Shown: positions 10,045 through 21,400 of the stretch, piece by piece
How positions within the stretch are numbered: position 1 is the stretch's first letter
Layout: each line of letters begins with the position of its first letter
Assembly (NCBI GenBank): GCA_020720805.1
Contig: DYNZ01000002.1
Coordinates: 1,861-65,860, forward strand
From: Leptospira biflexa
GTDB taxonomy: Bacteria; Spirochaetota; DYNZ01
Length of the DNA: 64,000 bases
Direction of reading: 5' to 3'
The notes under the pieces: model-generated
Database searches by the model: none
Told to the model about the DNA's origin: nothing
What the model saw: only the letters and a program-made list of their open reading frames with translations
Program-made: the position numbers and the translations under genes

Positions 10045-10938
10045 TTGAAACACATGGCAAAACTTTCTCTATCGGCATTCACCTCTTTTTTTCGCGCCTT
10101 ACCAGGAGTATTGCGAAAATTGCCATGGCGTTGGTTGGCTTTGTCGGCTATTTTGTTTTTTCTCTTTTTTTCGATCCGCTTTCCGTACGAGAAGATTGTA
10201 AAAAAATATCTGATTGCGGCAGGACAAAAAAACGGCTGGCAAATCGATTATGCTGGAGTCCAGTATAGATTTCCACGTACGGTGCAGGTTCGCGAACTGC
10301 ATCTTGTATCCCGTGATGGGACGAAGGTCAGTCTTTTTGATAGTGAGGTTCAGTTCAATCCAAGTCTTATTTTCCTCAAGGAGGCAAAGGTAAGCTGGTC
10401 GGCCTCCGGTGTCCGGTTTTCCCGGGGTGAGCTGTTTGTTCGCGGCAATATTCGACTGAATCTGGATTTGACGGGCGTTTTTGACGGTTTTTCAAAAATC
10501 CAGGGAGAGTCATCCCTGGCCTTAAAGATGGTTGATATCTCAGATCTCCAGAAAATTCTTGCCGGCTCGCTCACAGGTAAAAACGCGATGCTGGGTGAAC
10601 TGCTGCAGAGCAAGCTTCCTGCCAGACTCGCTTTTCAGAAAATCGATCTCAATCTGAAATGGCAATCAAAAAAAATTGATATCATGGTTGGTGATTTTTT
10701 GGGAAAAGAGATAGAGGGAAGGTTGTCGGGTAGCCTTGTTCCGCAGGGGGATCAGCCCAATCAGGTAATTCTCAATCTGGTTTTACAGCTTTCTGCTGGA
10801 TCTCCTCTGTTACAGCAATTTGCCACCGAGCTTTCCCTTCTTAAGAGTATGAAATTGCAGGATGAAAAAGGTGATATTGTATTGCCAGTGAAAGGGACGT
10901 TGGCAAAACCTCAGGTTTCGTTACCTGTTTCCCCCTGA
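10045..10938 (+). CDS. Membrane-anchored T2SS-associated protein (GspN-like or GspC-like; identity uncertain)
   Basis: 297 aa, N-terminal TM anchor, last gene of the co-directional gsp cluster. Confidence 0.4.
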   Translation: MKHMAKLSLSAFTSFFRALPGVLRKLPWRWLALSAILFFLFFSIRFPYEKIVKKYLIAAGQKNGWQIDYAGVQYRFPRTVQVRELHLVSRDGTKVSLFDSEVQFNPSLIFLKEAKVSWSASGVRFSRGELFVRGNIRLNLDLTGVFDGFSKIQGESSLALKMVDISDLQKILAGSLTGKNAMLGELLQSKLPARLAFQKIDLNLKWQSKKIDIMVGDFLGKEIEGRLSGSLVPQGDQPNQVILNLVLQLSAGSPLLQQFATELSLLKSMKLQDEKGDIVLPVKGTLAKPQVSLPVSP

Positions 10939-11212
10939 GTCATTAATTTGTACTATGAAAAGACAAATTTTTGTTGACATCCAGAGTAGTTCTAAATTTC
11001 TAGCTACATTGGTATTTCCTTCTTCTGAAGCCATTCTATCCACCCGGAAAAGGCAGCTTTCGCGCAATTGGGGAGGGTCAATTTTGACCGAATCGAGTTG
11101 ATTACGGCCTGTTTTCTTTTTCGATAAAAGAGGAGAGAGGTCAGGGGCTACTTTCCCTTTTTTTTAGGGATAATACGGTTGGTTTGTATGGTTGCGGGGA
11201 GTTGGTCGATTT

Positions 11213-11285
11213 GCCCGGATAGCTCAGTCGGTAGAGCATCTCCATGGTAAGGAGGAGGTCGACGGTTCGATTCCGTTTCTGGGCT
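11213..11285 (+). tRNA. tRNA-Thr (anticodon GGU)
   Basis: Cloverleaf folded by hand: acceptor GCCCGGA/UCUGGGC, D arm GCUC..GAGC, anticodon stem UCUCC/GGAGG loop AUGGUAA, T arm GACGG-UUCGAUU-CCGUU; CCA not encoded. Confidence 0.85.
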
Positions 11286-11323
11286 CAGAAAATACAGGAA
11301 GTTGTATTTTGAGTGCTATATTC

Positions 11324-11395
11324 AGGTCCGTGGCCTAATGGTAAGGCATCGGTCTCCAAAACCGAGGATTGCAGGTTCGAGTCCTGCCGGGCCTG
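11324..11395 (+). tRNA. tRNA-Trp (anticodon CCA)
   Basis: Acceptor AGGUCCG/CGGGCCU, anticodon stem UCGGU/ACCGA loop CUCCAAA, T arm GCAGG-UUCGAGU-CCUGC; classic position upstream of secE. Confidence 0.85.
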
Positions 11396-11451
11396 CATGA
11401 TTTTTAAAAATCAGAAAATGAATTGTTTAGAAGGTTAGGGTAATCTGTGTT

Positions 11452-11637
11452 ATGAAGCCACTGCAATTTTTACGCGAAGCACGATCAGAGCTTAAAAAGG
11501 TTTCCTGGCCAGCGCGGGAAGAGGTTACCAGCTCAACTATCGTGGTTGTTGTTACCTTGATCGTTTTTTCGCTTTTTTTGTGGGGAGTGGATTCTCTTCT
11601 TTTTCGTTTGGTCGAGGTGGTGCTGAGTAATGGATAA
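11452..11637 (+). CDS. secE: Preprotein translocase subunit SecE
   Basis: 61 aa, single TM, ELKKVSWP motif, overlaps nusG start. Confidence 0.85.
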   Translation: MKPLQFLREARSELKKVSWPAREEVTSSTIVVVVTLIVFSLFLWGVDSLLFRLVEVVLSNG

Positions 11638-12166
11638 AGGCTGGTATGTAGTAAATACCCTATCCGGACATGAAGACAAGGTTAAGCTCAACCTGGAAAA
11701 AAAGGTCAAAAACAAACACCTTGAAGAGAAGATATTTCAGGTTAAAGTACCCACTGTTGACGTGACGGAAGTCAAAGGTGGAAAAAAGAGGACTCGCAAG
11801 AAGAAATATCTTCCCGGTTATGTAATGATCGAAATGATCGGTGATGAAGAGGCGATCTTTGAGGTGATGAGCGTACCAGGTGTAGCCAAGTTTATTGGTT
11901 CTGGTGATGAGCCTAAGCCTTTAAGTGCCCAAGAGGTAGAAACCCTGTTTCAGCAGATGGGAGAGGGTGCTGCTCAAGAGAAGCTGGCTGCTCAGCACCT
12001 CTTTGATATTGGTGAGCAGGTTAAAGTTATCGATGGTCCGTTCAACAATTTTCACGGTGTCGTGGAAGAGGTGAATCTGGAAAAGGGTCGTCTGCGCATC
12101 AGGGTCGAGATCTTTGGTCGTTCCACACCGGTTGAACTTAACTTTACCCAGGTGGGAAAAATTTAA
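11630..12166 (+). CDS. nusG: Transcription termination/antitermination factor NusG
   Basis: WYVVNTLSGHEDKV NGN domain and KOW motif IGEQVKVIDGPF. Confidence 0.92.
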   Translation: MDKGWYVVNTLSGHEDKVKLNLEKKVKNKHLEEKIFQVKVPTVDVTEVKGGKKRTRKKKYLPGYVMIEMIGDEEAIFEVMSVPGVAKFIGSGDEPKPLSAQEVETLFQQMGEGAAQEKLAAQHLFDIGEQVKVIDGPFNNFHGVVEEVNLEKGRLRIRVEIFGRSTPVELNFTQVGKI

Positions 12167-12237
12167 CACAGATGTCTGCATGGACAGTCTGTTTCGTATA
12201 ATTGGAAAATCATCTTAAAGATACAGAGAGTGGATTT

Positions 12238-12663
12238 ATGGCAAAGAAATTAGTAACTCAGGTAAAATTGCAGGTTCCTGCTGGTAAGGCAAATCCGGCT
12301 CCTCCTGTTGGTCCGGCTCTTGGTCAGCATGGCGTCAATATTATGGGTTTTTGCAAAGAGTTTAATGAAAGAACGAAGGAGCTGGGCGATACCATCTGTC
12401 CGGTTGTCATTGATGTGTTTGATGATAGATCATTCGCTTTCATTATCAAAACAGCGCCAGCCTCTATTTTGATCAAAAAGGCTCTGAAAATCAAGAGCGG
12501 TGCCAAAATTCCCAACAGGGAGGTGGCAGGTACCTTGACAAGGGCGCAGCTTCGTGAGATTGCCGAGACAAAGATGAGTGATCTGAATGCGAACGATGTG
12601 GATGCTGCCATGAATATAATTGCTGGAACAGCCCATTCTATGGGTGTAAAAATCGAGGATTAA
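12238..12663 (+). CDS. rplK: 50S ribosomal protein L11 (ATG 12238; track ORF starts further upstream at 12202)
   Basis: [36 protein letters not shown]. Confidence 0.93.
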   Translation: MAKKLVTQVKLQVPAGKANPAPPVGPALGQHGVNIMGFCKEFNERTKELGDTICPVVIDVFDDRSFAFIIKTAPASILIKKALKIKSGAKIPNREVAGTLTRAQLREIAETKMSDLNANDVDAAMNIIAGTAHSMGVKIED

Positions 12664-12758
12664 GTTTTTTCAAAAAAAAAGCTTGACAAAAAGAGTGCAT
12701 ACAATGCAAAGGTCATCCCCCTTTTAAGGGATAATTTAAGCGGGAGCGTTGTTTATAG

Positions 12759-13442
12759 ATGAAACGCGGAAAAAAGTTTAACGTTGCTTTGGCTCAGGTG
12801 GACCGCAACCGGGCTTACTCTCCAACAGATGCTGTGGAGTTACTCAAAAAAGTTGCCTTCGCAAAATTCGATGAAACTATCGAAGCTTCCATTAAGGTAA
12901 ATTTTAAGAGTCTGCAGAACATCCGGGGTACATTATCACTTCCTCACTCCACAGGAAGGGTGGTTCGTGTTCTTGTCGTGGCTGGTGCTGATAAACAGCA
13001 GGAGGCCAAGGATGCGGGTGCTGATTTTGTGGGCGGAAAGGATTACATTGAAAAGATCCAGGGAGGCTGGACCGATTTTGATGTGATGGTGGCTACCCCT
13101 GATATGATGAAGGATGTAGGTAAGCTGGGTCCAATTCTGGGTCGTAAAGGATTGATGCCAAAACCCAAAGCCGGTACGGTCACGAATGACCTAGGGCGGG
13201 CGGTTAAGGCTATCAAAGCCGGTCGTGTTGAGTATAAATCTGACAAAACCGGTGTTATTCATGCAATTTTGGGTAAGAAATCCTTTGACTTGTCGATTTT
13301 GGCCGAAAACCTGAGAGCCTTCTATCAGACAATTGTTAAGGAGAAGCCTTCAGACGCAAAAGGAAATTATATCCAAAGTTTGCATATATCGTCCACCCAG
13401 GGTCCGGGGATTAAAATTGATCATAAGGGGATTGATGGGTAA
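12759..13442 (+). CDS. rplA: 50S ribosomal protein L1
   Basis: 227 aa, L1 family motifs, overlaps rplJ start (TAATG). Confidence 0.93.
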   Translation: MKRGKKFNVALAQVDRNRAYSPTDAVELLKKVAFAKFDETIEASIKVNFKSLQNIRGTLSLPHSTGRVVRVLVVAGADKQQEAKDAGADFVGGKDYIEKIQGGWTDFDVMVATPDMMKDVGKLGPILGRKGLMPKPKAGTVTNDLGRAVKAIKAGRVEYKSDKTGVIHAILGKKSFDLSILAENLRAFYQTIVKEKPSDAKGNYIQSLHISSTQGPGIKIDHKGIDG

Positions 13443-13981
13443 TGCCAAGTCAAGCGAACATACAAAAGGTTGAGCAGTTCAAGGATGCGTTGACGCAAGG
13501 AAAAAATTTTATTGTAGCCGGTTTTTCCGGAATTACGGTAAATGAATTGAATGCGCTTCGTAATGACCTGCGCAAAAAGGGTGTGGAATTCCGGGTTGTC
13601 AAGAACAACCTGTTCGGTATTGCCCTACAGGAAAAGGGGTATGATACTTCGATCGCAGAAAAGATCACAGGACCCAATATTGTGGCATTTTCTGAGAGTG
13701 ATTTATCTGGATCTGCCAAGCTGTTACGGGACTTTGTAAAGAAACGTGGAGATAAGTCTCCTTTGCAGATTAAATTGGGCGTTTCTGACGGAGTTCTTTA
13801 TGACAAGGCGGACGTGGAAAGAATTGCAAACCTACCGTCCAAAGAGGTGTTGATTGCGCAGATTATGTCTGCGATTAACGGACCAGCTTCTGGTATTGTG
13901 GGTGTGATGTCTTCCATTATGGCGCAGTTAGCGCGCGCAATTGATGCGGTCGCCAAGAAGAACGCTGGCGAAGGTCAATAA
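13442..13981 (+). CDS. rplJ: 50S ribosomal protein L10
   Basis: 179 aa, L10 family, precedes L7/L12. Confidence 0.9.
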   Translation: MPSQANIQKVEQFKDALTQGKNFIVAGFSGITVNELNALRNDLRKKGVEFRVVKNNLFGIALQEKGYDTSIAEKITGPNIVAFSESDLSGSAKLLRDFVKKRGDKSPLQIKLGVSDGVLYDKADVERIANLPSKEVLIAQIMSAINGPASGIVGVMSSIMAQLARAIDAVAKKNAGEGQ

Positions 13982-14026
13982 TTTTTAAATCGAATACGTA
14001 TAGAATGGATTAAGGGAGTTAATACA

Positions 14027-14413
14027 ATGGCAACTTTAACAAAAGATGAATTGATGGATGCGATTGGCAGTTTGACATTGATCGAGGCTGCTGATCTTGT
14101 TAAGGCAATGGAAGAAAAATTTGGCGTAAGCGCTGCCGCTCCAATCGCGGTTGCTGCTGTTGCGGGACCTGCTGATGCGGGTGCTGCTGCTGCTGTCGAA
14201 AAAACCGAATTTGATGTCATGCTTACCGGTTTTGGCGACAATAAAATTACTGTTATCAAAGCTGTACGCGAGATTACTGGTCTTGGTTTAAAAGAAGCTA
14301 AGGCACTGGTTGAGGGTATGAGCGAGCCAGTAAAAGCCAAAGTTTCTAAGGATGAAGGCGAAAAGATCAAAGCTCAGCTTGTAGAAGCTGGTGCCACAGT
14401 CGAACTGAAGTAA
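14027..14413 (+). CDS. rplL: 50S ribosomal protein L7/L12
   Basis: 128 aa, Ala-rich hinge, C-terminal [18 protein letters not shown]. Confidence 0.95.
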   Translation: MATLTKDELMDAIGSLTLIEAADLVKAMEEKFGVSAAAPIAVAAVAGPADAGAAAAVEKTEFDVMLTGFGDNKITVIKAVREITGLGLKEAKALVEGMSEPVKAKVSKDEGEKIKAQLVEAGATVELK

Positions 14414-14430
14414 ATTTCGTCTGAAGGGAA

Positions 14431-14463
14431 CCTGCTATCTGATGATAATTTTCAGATAGCAGG
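14431..14463 (+). terminator. Perfect 12-bp stem hairpin (CCTGCTATCTGA / TCAGATAGCAGG, 9-nt loop) 18 nt after rplL stop: candidate rplL-rpoB attenuator
   Basis: Inverted repeat read directly; followed by weak T-rich tract (TAATTTCC), so probably partial terminator. Confidence 0.6.
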
Positions 14464-14860
14464 TAATTTCCATTGGATACTCCACTGGCGCGCAGAGAGG
14501 AGATTCATGGAAAAGAGAGCCTTGAAATGATTTTTACTGTTTCTCGGTCTGCCGGTAAATAGCGGTGGGCTTAGTTGGAGGAAAGCTGCTCTCGTTAGCA
14601 GCTACGTCTATTTTATGACCGTACCTGGAAAATTGATGATCCAGGATGGAATAGAATGTCTGGTTCTTGTCAATTTAGATTTGATGCAGAATACAGGGGC
14701 ATTCTGAAACCTAAGCATCAAGGTGCTGAAGGACTTTACATGTAGGATTTCCAGTCAAGCCTCGTTTGCTCTTCAATTCATGTAATTTTTAACATACAGC
14801 AATTATTTCATAATAATTGATCCCGGTCATTTTTCCGGGCAGAGGGAAGGTTATACCAAA

Positions 14861-17800
14861 ATGGCTCAGTCTCAAACCTTAAAGGATAGAATCAAGAAAA
14901 GTAAGCATTTGAACTTTGGCAAGATTCCCCATACATTAGATCTGCCTAACCTTGTGGAAACACAAAAAAAATCCTATGAATGGTTTTTGCAACGTGATAT
15001 TAGCCCAGACAAGCGCCAATCTCAGGGTTTGCAGGCTGTTTTTCAGGAAACCTTCCCCATAGAAAGTCCTAATGAGGATATTGTTCTTGAGTTTGTTGAT
15101 TATACCCTTGGCGAACCGAAATACGATGAGCAGGAGTGCCGTGAACGGGATGTAACCTATGCTATTCCTTTAAGGGCAACCATTCGATTGATCGGTGTTG
15201 AAACCGGCGAGGTTCGCGAGCAAACTGTTTTTATGGGCGATGTTCCTGTCATGACCAAAAACGCCACCTTCGTCATCAATGGAGCGGAAAGGGTTGTGGT
15301 CAGCCAGTTGCATCGGAGTCCGGGTATATTCTTCTTTTTTGATGATACAACCAGAACATACCAGGCTAGAATTATTCCCTATCGTGGCAGTTGGCTTGAA
15401 TTTGAGATGGACGCCAAGGGAATATTGAATGCGCGTATAGACCGAAAAAAGAAGTTTCCGTTCACCCTGTTGGTTAAAGCATTGGGGTATGGAAGCAATG
15501 AAGAGATTTTGCGACTGTTTTATGATACAGAAAAAATAAAACTCAAAAAAACTGGTAATGACCATGTACTTGGTCGTAGAACAATTCATGATATCGTTAC
15601 AGAGAACGGAGAAATCGTTCTCGAAGCTGGCGGCTTGATTAACATTGACCGCGTCGAAACAATGCTGGAAGCCGGTATCACCTCCGTTGAATTAATTTTA
15701 TTCCATGACAACAAGGATGACAGCACCGTCATAGCATCGCTCGATAAAGAAAATTCTGATAACAGTGAGATCGCCCTGAAACGGTTGCACTCCGTTCTGA
15801 AGCCAGGCGAGCCGAATTCGGTTGCCAATGCGATGGCGGAACTCAATAGACTTTTTTTTAGCACAAAGAGCTACGATTTAGGCACGGTAGGTCGCTATAA
15901 GATTAACAAAAAATTTCAATTTGATGACGCTAAATTTCAGGATCGGACGTTATGTAAAGAGGATATCATTGAAACCTTACGCCATCTTCTGAGGCTTATG
16001 GCGGGAGTGGAAGGGTATTATATTGATGACATTGACCATTTAGGGAATCGCCGTATTCGCTCTGTAGGCGAATTGCTGATGAACCAGATGAAAATCGGTT
16101 TTGCCCGTATGGAGAGAGTCATCAAAGAGAGAATGACTATTCAGGATATCGATGTCATTACACCCCAGGCTTTAATTTCCATTAAGCCTATCACTGCTGT
16201 CGTAAATGAATTTTTTGGTTCCAGTCAGTTATCCCAGTTTATGGATCAGACCAATCCATTGTCAGAGCTGACTCATAAGCGTCGATTAAACGCCCTTGGT
16301 CCTGGAGGACTTTCCAGGGAGCGTGCCGGGTTTGAGGTTCGCGATGTTCACTATACTCATTATGGTCGAATGTGTCCTATCGAAACCCCGGAAGGACCAA
16401 ATATTGGACTGATTGTCTCTATGGCATCCTATGCCCGCATCAATGATTACGGTTTTCTGGAGAGCCCGTATCGAGTCGTAAAGAATGGCCAGGTAACGGA
16501 AGAGATCCGTTATTTAACTGCTGACGAAGAGGATCGTTACTTTGTGGCTCAGGCCAATGCGCCCGTTGATGAAACAGGTAAATTTATTAATAATCTTGTC
16601 GCCTGTCGAAATCGGGGCAATTATCCGTATCAACGTCCTTTGGAAATTCAATATATGGATGTGGCTCCGATGCAGATCGTTTCCATGTCCACCTCCCTAA
16701 TTCCGTTTCTGGAGCATGATGATGCCAACCGCGCTTTGATGGGCTCCAATATGCAACGTCAGGCAGTACCTCTGCTGGTGGAAGAGCCACCGCTTGTGGG
16801 AACTGGTATCGAGGATAAGTCAGCTTACGACTCTGGTGTCTTGGTTATCGCTGAAAATAGCGGAACCGTGCAGTATGTGGATGCGAAAAAAATCATCATA
16901 GGCGATGGCAAGCAGCGTCAAGAGTACAAGCTGCTCAAGTATAAAAGATCCAACCAGGGCACCTGTTACAATCAAAGACCATTGGTAGCACCAGGTCAGA
17001 AGATAAAAAAGGGAGATGTCATTGCTGATGGTCCTGCGACGAAAGATGGTAGACTGGCCTTAGGAAAAAATGTCCTGGCTGCATTTATGCCCTGGGAGGG
17101 TTATAATTTTGAGGACGCCATCCTGATTTCCGAGCGTGTTGTCAAAGAAGATGTCTTTAGCTCTATCCATATCGAAGAGTTTGAAGTAGAGGCCAGAGAA
17201 ACAAAGCTTGGACGCGAGGTTATCACCCGCGATATTCCCAATTTAAGTGAAAAAGCCTTCAGTGATCTCGACGAGAATGGTGTCATTCGTACAGGTGCTC
17301 ATGTGAAAGCTGATGATATTCTGGTGGGAAAGGTTACTCCCAAAGGTGAGACCGAGTTAACCCCGGAATACAAACTTTTGCACTCCATTTTTGGAGAAAA
17401 AGCGAGAGAGGTGCGCGATACATCGCTTCGTTTACCCAATGGGGTAGAGGGAATTGTCATTGAGGTACGAGAATTCAGCCGTGAAAATGGAGATGAGTTA
17501 TCACCAGGGGTCGAGCAGCTTGTTAAGGTATATGTGGCGAATAAGAGAAAGCTGTCAGTCGGCGACAAGATGGCTGGTCGTCATGGAAATAAGGGTGTTG
17601 TGGCTAGAATAATGGCAGAAGCGGACATGCCCTATCTTGAAGATGGTACACCGGTTGATATCGTACTCAATCCATTGTCTGTTCCTTCCCGGATGAACTT
17701 GGGGCAGATTTTTGAAACCGAGTTGGGTTGGGCTGCACATCGGCTGGGAGTATCAGTCTCCACTCCAGTTCTGGATGGGGCAAATCATGCGGAGATCCTG

Positions 17801-18331
17801 GAGATGAAGGAGCTTGCGGGAATACCTGTAGATTCCAAAGTTCCTCTTTACGATGGAAGATCCGGTGAAAGCTTTGAAGGAACGGTCATGGTCGGCATGA
17901 TCTATATGCTTAAACTGGCTCACCTCGTTGATGATAAAATTCATGCGCGCTCTACTGGACCATACTCCCTGGTCACGCAACAGCCATTAGGTGGTAAAGC
18001 CCAATTTGGCGGACAGCGCCTAGGAGAGATGGAGGTTTGGGCTTTGGAGGCTTATGGCGCTGCTCATACGCTCCAGGAAATATTAACTGTAAAATCTGAT
18101 GATATGATCGGGCGCGCTCGTATCTATGAAGCTATCGTGAAAGGGCATAATGTCACGAAACCAGGTGTGCCAGAGTCCTTTAACGTTCTTGTGCAAGAGT
18201 TGCGTGGTCTTGCATTGGATATCACTATCTATGACAAGGATCAAGGCGAGATCGATATCCACGAATGGGATGACGGCGTCGGCAGGAAAAAGAGAAAAAT
18301 CAAATTTGATTCCCTGACAAATGAACAGTAG
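14861..18331 (+). CDS. rpoB: DNA-directed RNA polymerase subunit beta
   Basis: 1156 aa with conserved beta motifs throughout (for example [12 protein letters not shown]). Confidence 0.97.
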   Translation: MAQSQTLKDRIKKSKHLNFGKIPHTLDLPNLVETQKKSYEWFLQRDISPDKRQSQGLQAVFQETFPIESPNEDIVLEFVDYTLGEPKYDEQECRERDVTYAIPLRATIRLIGVETGEVREQTVFMGDVPVMTKNATFVINGAERVVVSQLHRSPGIFFFFDDTTRTYQARIIPYRGSWLEFEMDAKGILNARIDRKKKFPFTLLVKALGYGSNEEILRLFYDTEKIKLKKTGNDHVLGRRTIHDIVTENGEIVLEAGGLINIDRVETMLEAGITSVELILFHDNKDDSTVIASLDKENSDNSEIALKRLHSVLKPGEPNSVANAMAELNRLFFSTKSYDLGTVGRYKINKKFQFDDAKFQDRTLCKEDIIETLRHLLRLMAGVEGYYIDDIDHLGNRRIRSVGELLMNQMKIGFARMERVIKERMTIQDIDVITPQALISIKPITAVVNEFFGSSQLSQFMDQTNPLSELTHKRRLNALGPGGLSRERAGFEVRDVHYTHYGRMCPIETPEGPNIGLIVSMASYARINDYGFLESPYRVVKNGQVTEEIRYLTADEEDRYFVAQANAPVDETGKFINNLVACRNRGNYPYQRPLEIQYMDVAPMQIVSMSTSLIPFLEHDDANRALMGSNMQRQAVPLLVEEPPLVGTGIEDKSAYDSGVLVIAENSGTVQYVDAKKIIIGDGKQRQEYKLLKYKRSNQGTCYNQRPLVAPGQKIKKGDVIADGPATKDGRLALGKNVLAAFMPWEGYNFEDAILISERVVKEDVFSSIHIEEFEVEARETKLGREVITRDIPNLSEKAFSDLDENGVIRTGAHVKADDILVGKVTPKGETELTPEYKLLHSIFGEKAREVRDTSLRLPNGVEGIVIEVREFSRENGDELSPGVEQLVKVYVANKRKLSVGDKMAGRHGNKGVVARIMAEADMPYLEDGTPVDIVLNPLSVPSRMNLGQIFETELGWAAHRLGVSVSTPVLDGANHAEILEMKELAGIPVDSKVPLYDGRSGESFEGTVMVGMIYMLKLAHLVDDKIHARSTGPYSLVTQQPLGGKAQFGGQRLGEMEVWALEAYGAAHTLQEILTVKSDDMIGRARIYEAIVKGHNVTKPGVPESFNVLVQELRGLALDITIYDKDQGEIDIHEWDDGVGRKKRKIKFDSLTNEQ

Positions 18332-18421
18332 GTTTTTTGGGTAAGCGTCTGCTAGATCAGACAAGAATTTGTAATATGCAGATTTCTTCTAAAAATAATT
18401 TAGAAAAAAGGCGAGGTTGCT

Positions 18422-21400
18422 GTGAGAGATTTTAATGATTTTGATTCGATATCTATAAAATTAGCCTCTCCGGATAAAATTCACGAGTGGTCCTATGGCG
18501 AAGTTAAAAAGCCGGAAACAATTAATTATCGCACATTGAAACCTGAAAGGGACGGACTTTTCTGTGAGCGAATTTTTGGAACAACAAAAGAGTACGAGTG
18601 TTATTGCGGAAAATTTAAGTCGATCCGCTATAAAGGTGTTGTCTGTGACCGCTGCGGAGTTGAGGTAACTCATTATAAGGTGCGCCGAGAGAGAATGGGG
18701 CATATTGATTTAGCAGCCCCAGTTAGCCATATTTGGTACTATCGTTCGGTACCATCCAGAATGGGTTTGTTGCTAGATATGACATTGAATGCCCTTAAAA
18801 GCGTTCTTTATTTTGAGCGTTATGTGGTCATTGAACCAGGCGAATCCGAACTGAATCGAAATGATCTTTTGTCTGAAGAGGAGTTCCAGGATTACGCCGA
18901 AAAATATGGCGATTCATTTCATGCTGGAATCGGCGCTGCAGCGATTAAAGAGCTATTGCAATTAATTGATCTGGATGGAGAGGCGCAGGCTTTACGCCAG
19001 CGATTACTCGATCGTAGAAACTCCTCTGATAAAAAATTAGTCAAGCGCCTGGAGGTGATCGAAGCCTTTCGGGATAGCGGCAACAAACCGGATTGGATGA
19101 TTCTTGATGTGGTGCCGGTCATTCCACCGGAATTGCGGCCAATGGTACAGCTTGATGGCGGTAGGTTTGCCACATCAGATCTCAATGATCTCTACCGTCG
19201 GGTGATCAACCGTAATAATCGTTTGAAAAGGTTGCAGGTATTAAAGGCGCCTGAAATCATTGTTCGCAATGAAAAAAGAATGCTCCAGGAAGCAGTGGAT
19301 GCCCTGTTTGATAACAGCCGTAGAAAAAGGGCTGTCAAGGGTAAAGGTAACCGACCACTTAAATCCCTATCTGATATGCTAAAGGGAAAAACCGGACGAT
19401 TCAGGCAAAACCTCCTTGGCAAAAGGGTCGACTATTCCGGTCGATCGGTCATCGTTGCTGGTCCTTATCTGAAGATGCATCAGTGCGGACTACCCAAGAA
19501 AATGGCTTTGGAGCTCTTTAAACCCTTTATCATGAAAAGGGTAGTGGATAAAGGATATGTGTATAATATCAAATCTGCAAAAAGAATGGTAGAAAGTGAA
19601 CGACCGGAGGTATTTGAGGTTTTAGAAGAGGTCGTTTCGGAACATCCGGTATTATTAAACCGCGCACCGACGTTGCATAGGTTGGGAATTCAGGCATTTG
19701 AACCAATTCTGGTAGAGGGAAAAGCTATCAGGCTGCATCCCCTTGTGTGTTCGGCCTTTAATGCGGACTTTGATGGCGATCAGATGGCTGTGCATGTACC
19801 TTTGTCACCCAAGGCTCAGTTGGAGGCATGGTTATTAATGCTCTCCTCACATAATCTTCTCAATCCGGCGAATGGTCATCCGATTGTTACCCCTACCCAG
19901 GATATTGTTCTTGGTATTTACTATCTAACCATGGAGCGGAAATTTCATGAGGATAAAGTAAAGCATTTTTCTTCTATGAATGAGCTTTATCATGCCCTTG
20001 ATAAAAAGGTGGTTCGTTTACAGGAGAGAATTAAGCTTCTTTTAGATAATGGTAAGCTTATCGAGACAACACCTGGACGTGTTCTTTTGCAGGATGTTTT
20101 ACCTGAAACCTATCCGACCATAACCACTCCTGTGAACAATAAAGATTTGGGAAAGATTGTTTCTCGCTTATATAACCAATTTGGTCCAGCGATAACAGTG
20201 GAAACCCTTGATAAAATAAAAGAGCTTGGTTACAAGTATGCTACTTTATTCGCGCCTACAATATCCACTGCAGATATCGAGCCAGCCCCAAAAAAGAAGG
20301 ATATCATCGATAAAGCCAATGAAGAGATCCTAAAAATTGATAACCAGTATCGAAATGGTATCATCACTGCCGAGGAAAAGTATAACAAAGTTATCGATGT
20401 GTGGACGCAGGCAAACGAGTTGGTCGCATCTGACCTCTTCCGTCACCTTGAAACTGTTGATCAGGGGTTCAATTCCATTTATATGATGGCTCAGTCAGGC
20501 GCGCGAGGATCCAAGCAGCAGATCCGTCAGTTGGCTGGAATGCGCGGTTTGATGGCCAAGCCAAATGGCGAGATCATCGAAATTCCCATTAAGTCCAATT
20601 TTAAAGAGGGACTAACCGTTTTGGAATACTTTATTTCTACAAACGGTGCTCGGAAGGGTTTGGCGGATACTGCATTGAAGACAGCGGATGCTGGTTACCT
20701 AACGCGGCGTTTGGTCGATATCGCTCAGGATGTTGTCGTGAACGAGGATGATTGTGGCACCCTCAATGGCATGATGATGACAGCAACCAAGGATGGGGAT
20801 CGTATTATTGTACCGTTATCCGATAAAATTATTGGACGTTTTGCCGCAGCTGATATCCTTGATCCAAACACCGATAAGCTAATCTGTTCGCGCAACGAAG
20901 AGATCACCCATGATATTGCCGAACGGATAGAATCTGTTGGTATTGATGAGGTATTTATCAGAACAGTACTGCGTTGTGAAACCCGTCAGGGTGTGTGTGC
21001 GACCTGCTATGGCCGCAATCTTGCAACTGGTAAAAAGGTCAATATAGGTGAGGCTGTCGGCATTATTGCAGCACAGAGTATTGGGCAGCCGGGAACCCAG
21101 TTGACGATGCGTACCTTTCATATTGGGGGTACTGCCGAGGCTGGCAAGCAGGATAAAGATATAAAAATTGGATACCGAGCTCTTGTAACCTCCGTTCCGG
21201 TAAAAACAGCAACGACGCAGGAAGGAAAGAATGTACTTCTTAGACGTGGAGCGGTCACCGTCAGACGTATTAATGAGATCATTCCATTGGAAACCATAGA
21301 GCATCTGGATGTCGCTGATGGGCAGAATGTGTTGAACGGAGAGCTGGTTGGCATTCTCAAAGGGGCTCAAGAGGATCAGAAGATTCGTGCTACTGAGAAT

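Noticed and set aside
12202-12237. Upstream extension of rplK ([12 protein letters not shown]-)
   Set aside because: The canonical L11 N-terminus MAKK starts at 12238.
14478-14527. 7-codon mini-ORF (MEKRALK) in rplL-rpoB spacer as possible leader peptide
   Set aside because: It has no RBS and no link to the attenuator hairpin, so it is likely chance.
15170-21370. Minus-strand ORFs of 60-163 aa inside rpoB and rpoC (e.g. 15170-15589, 20879-21370)
   Set aside because: They lie entirely antisense to highly conserved coding sequence and have no RBS or recognisable domains. They are typical shadow ORFs.
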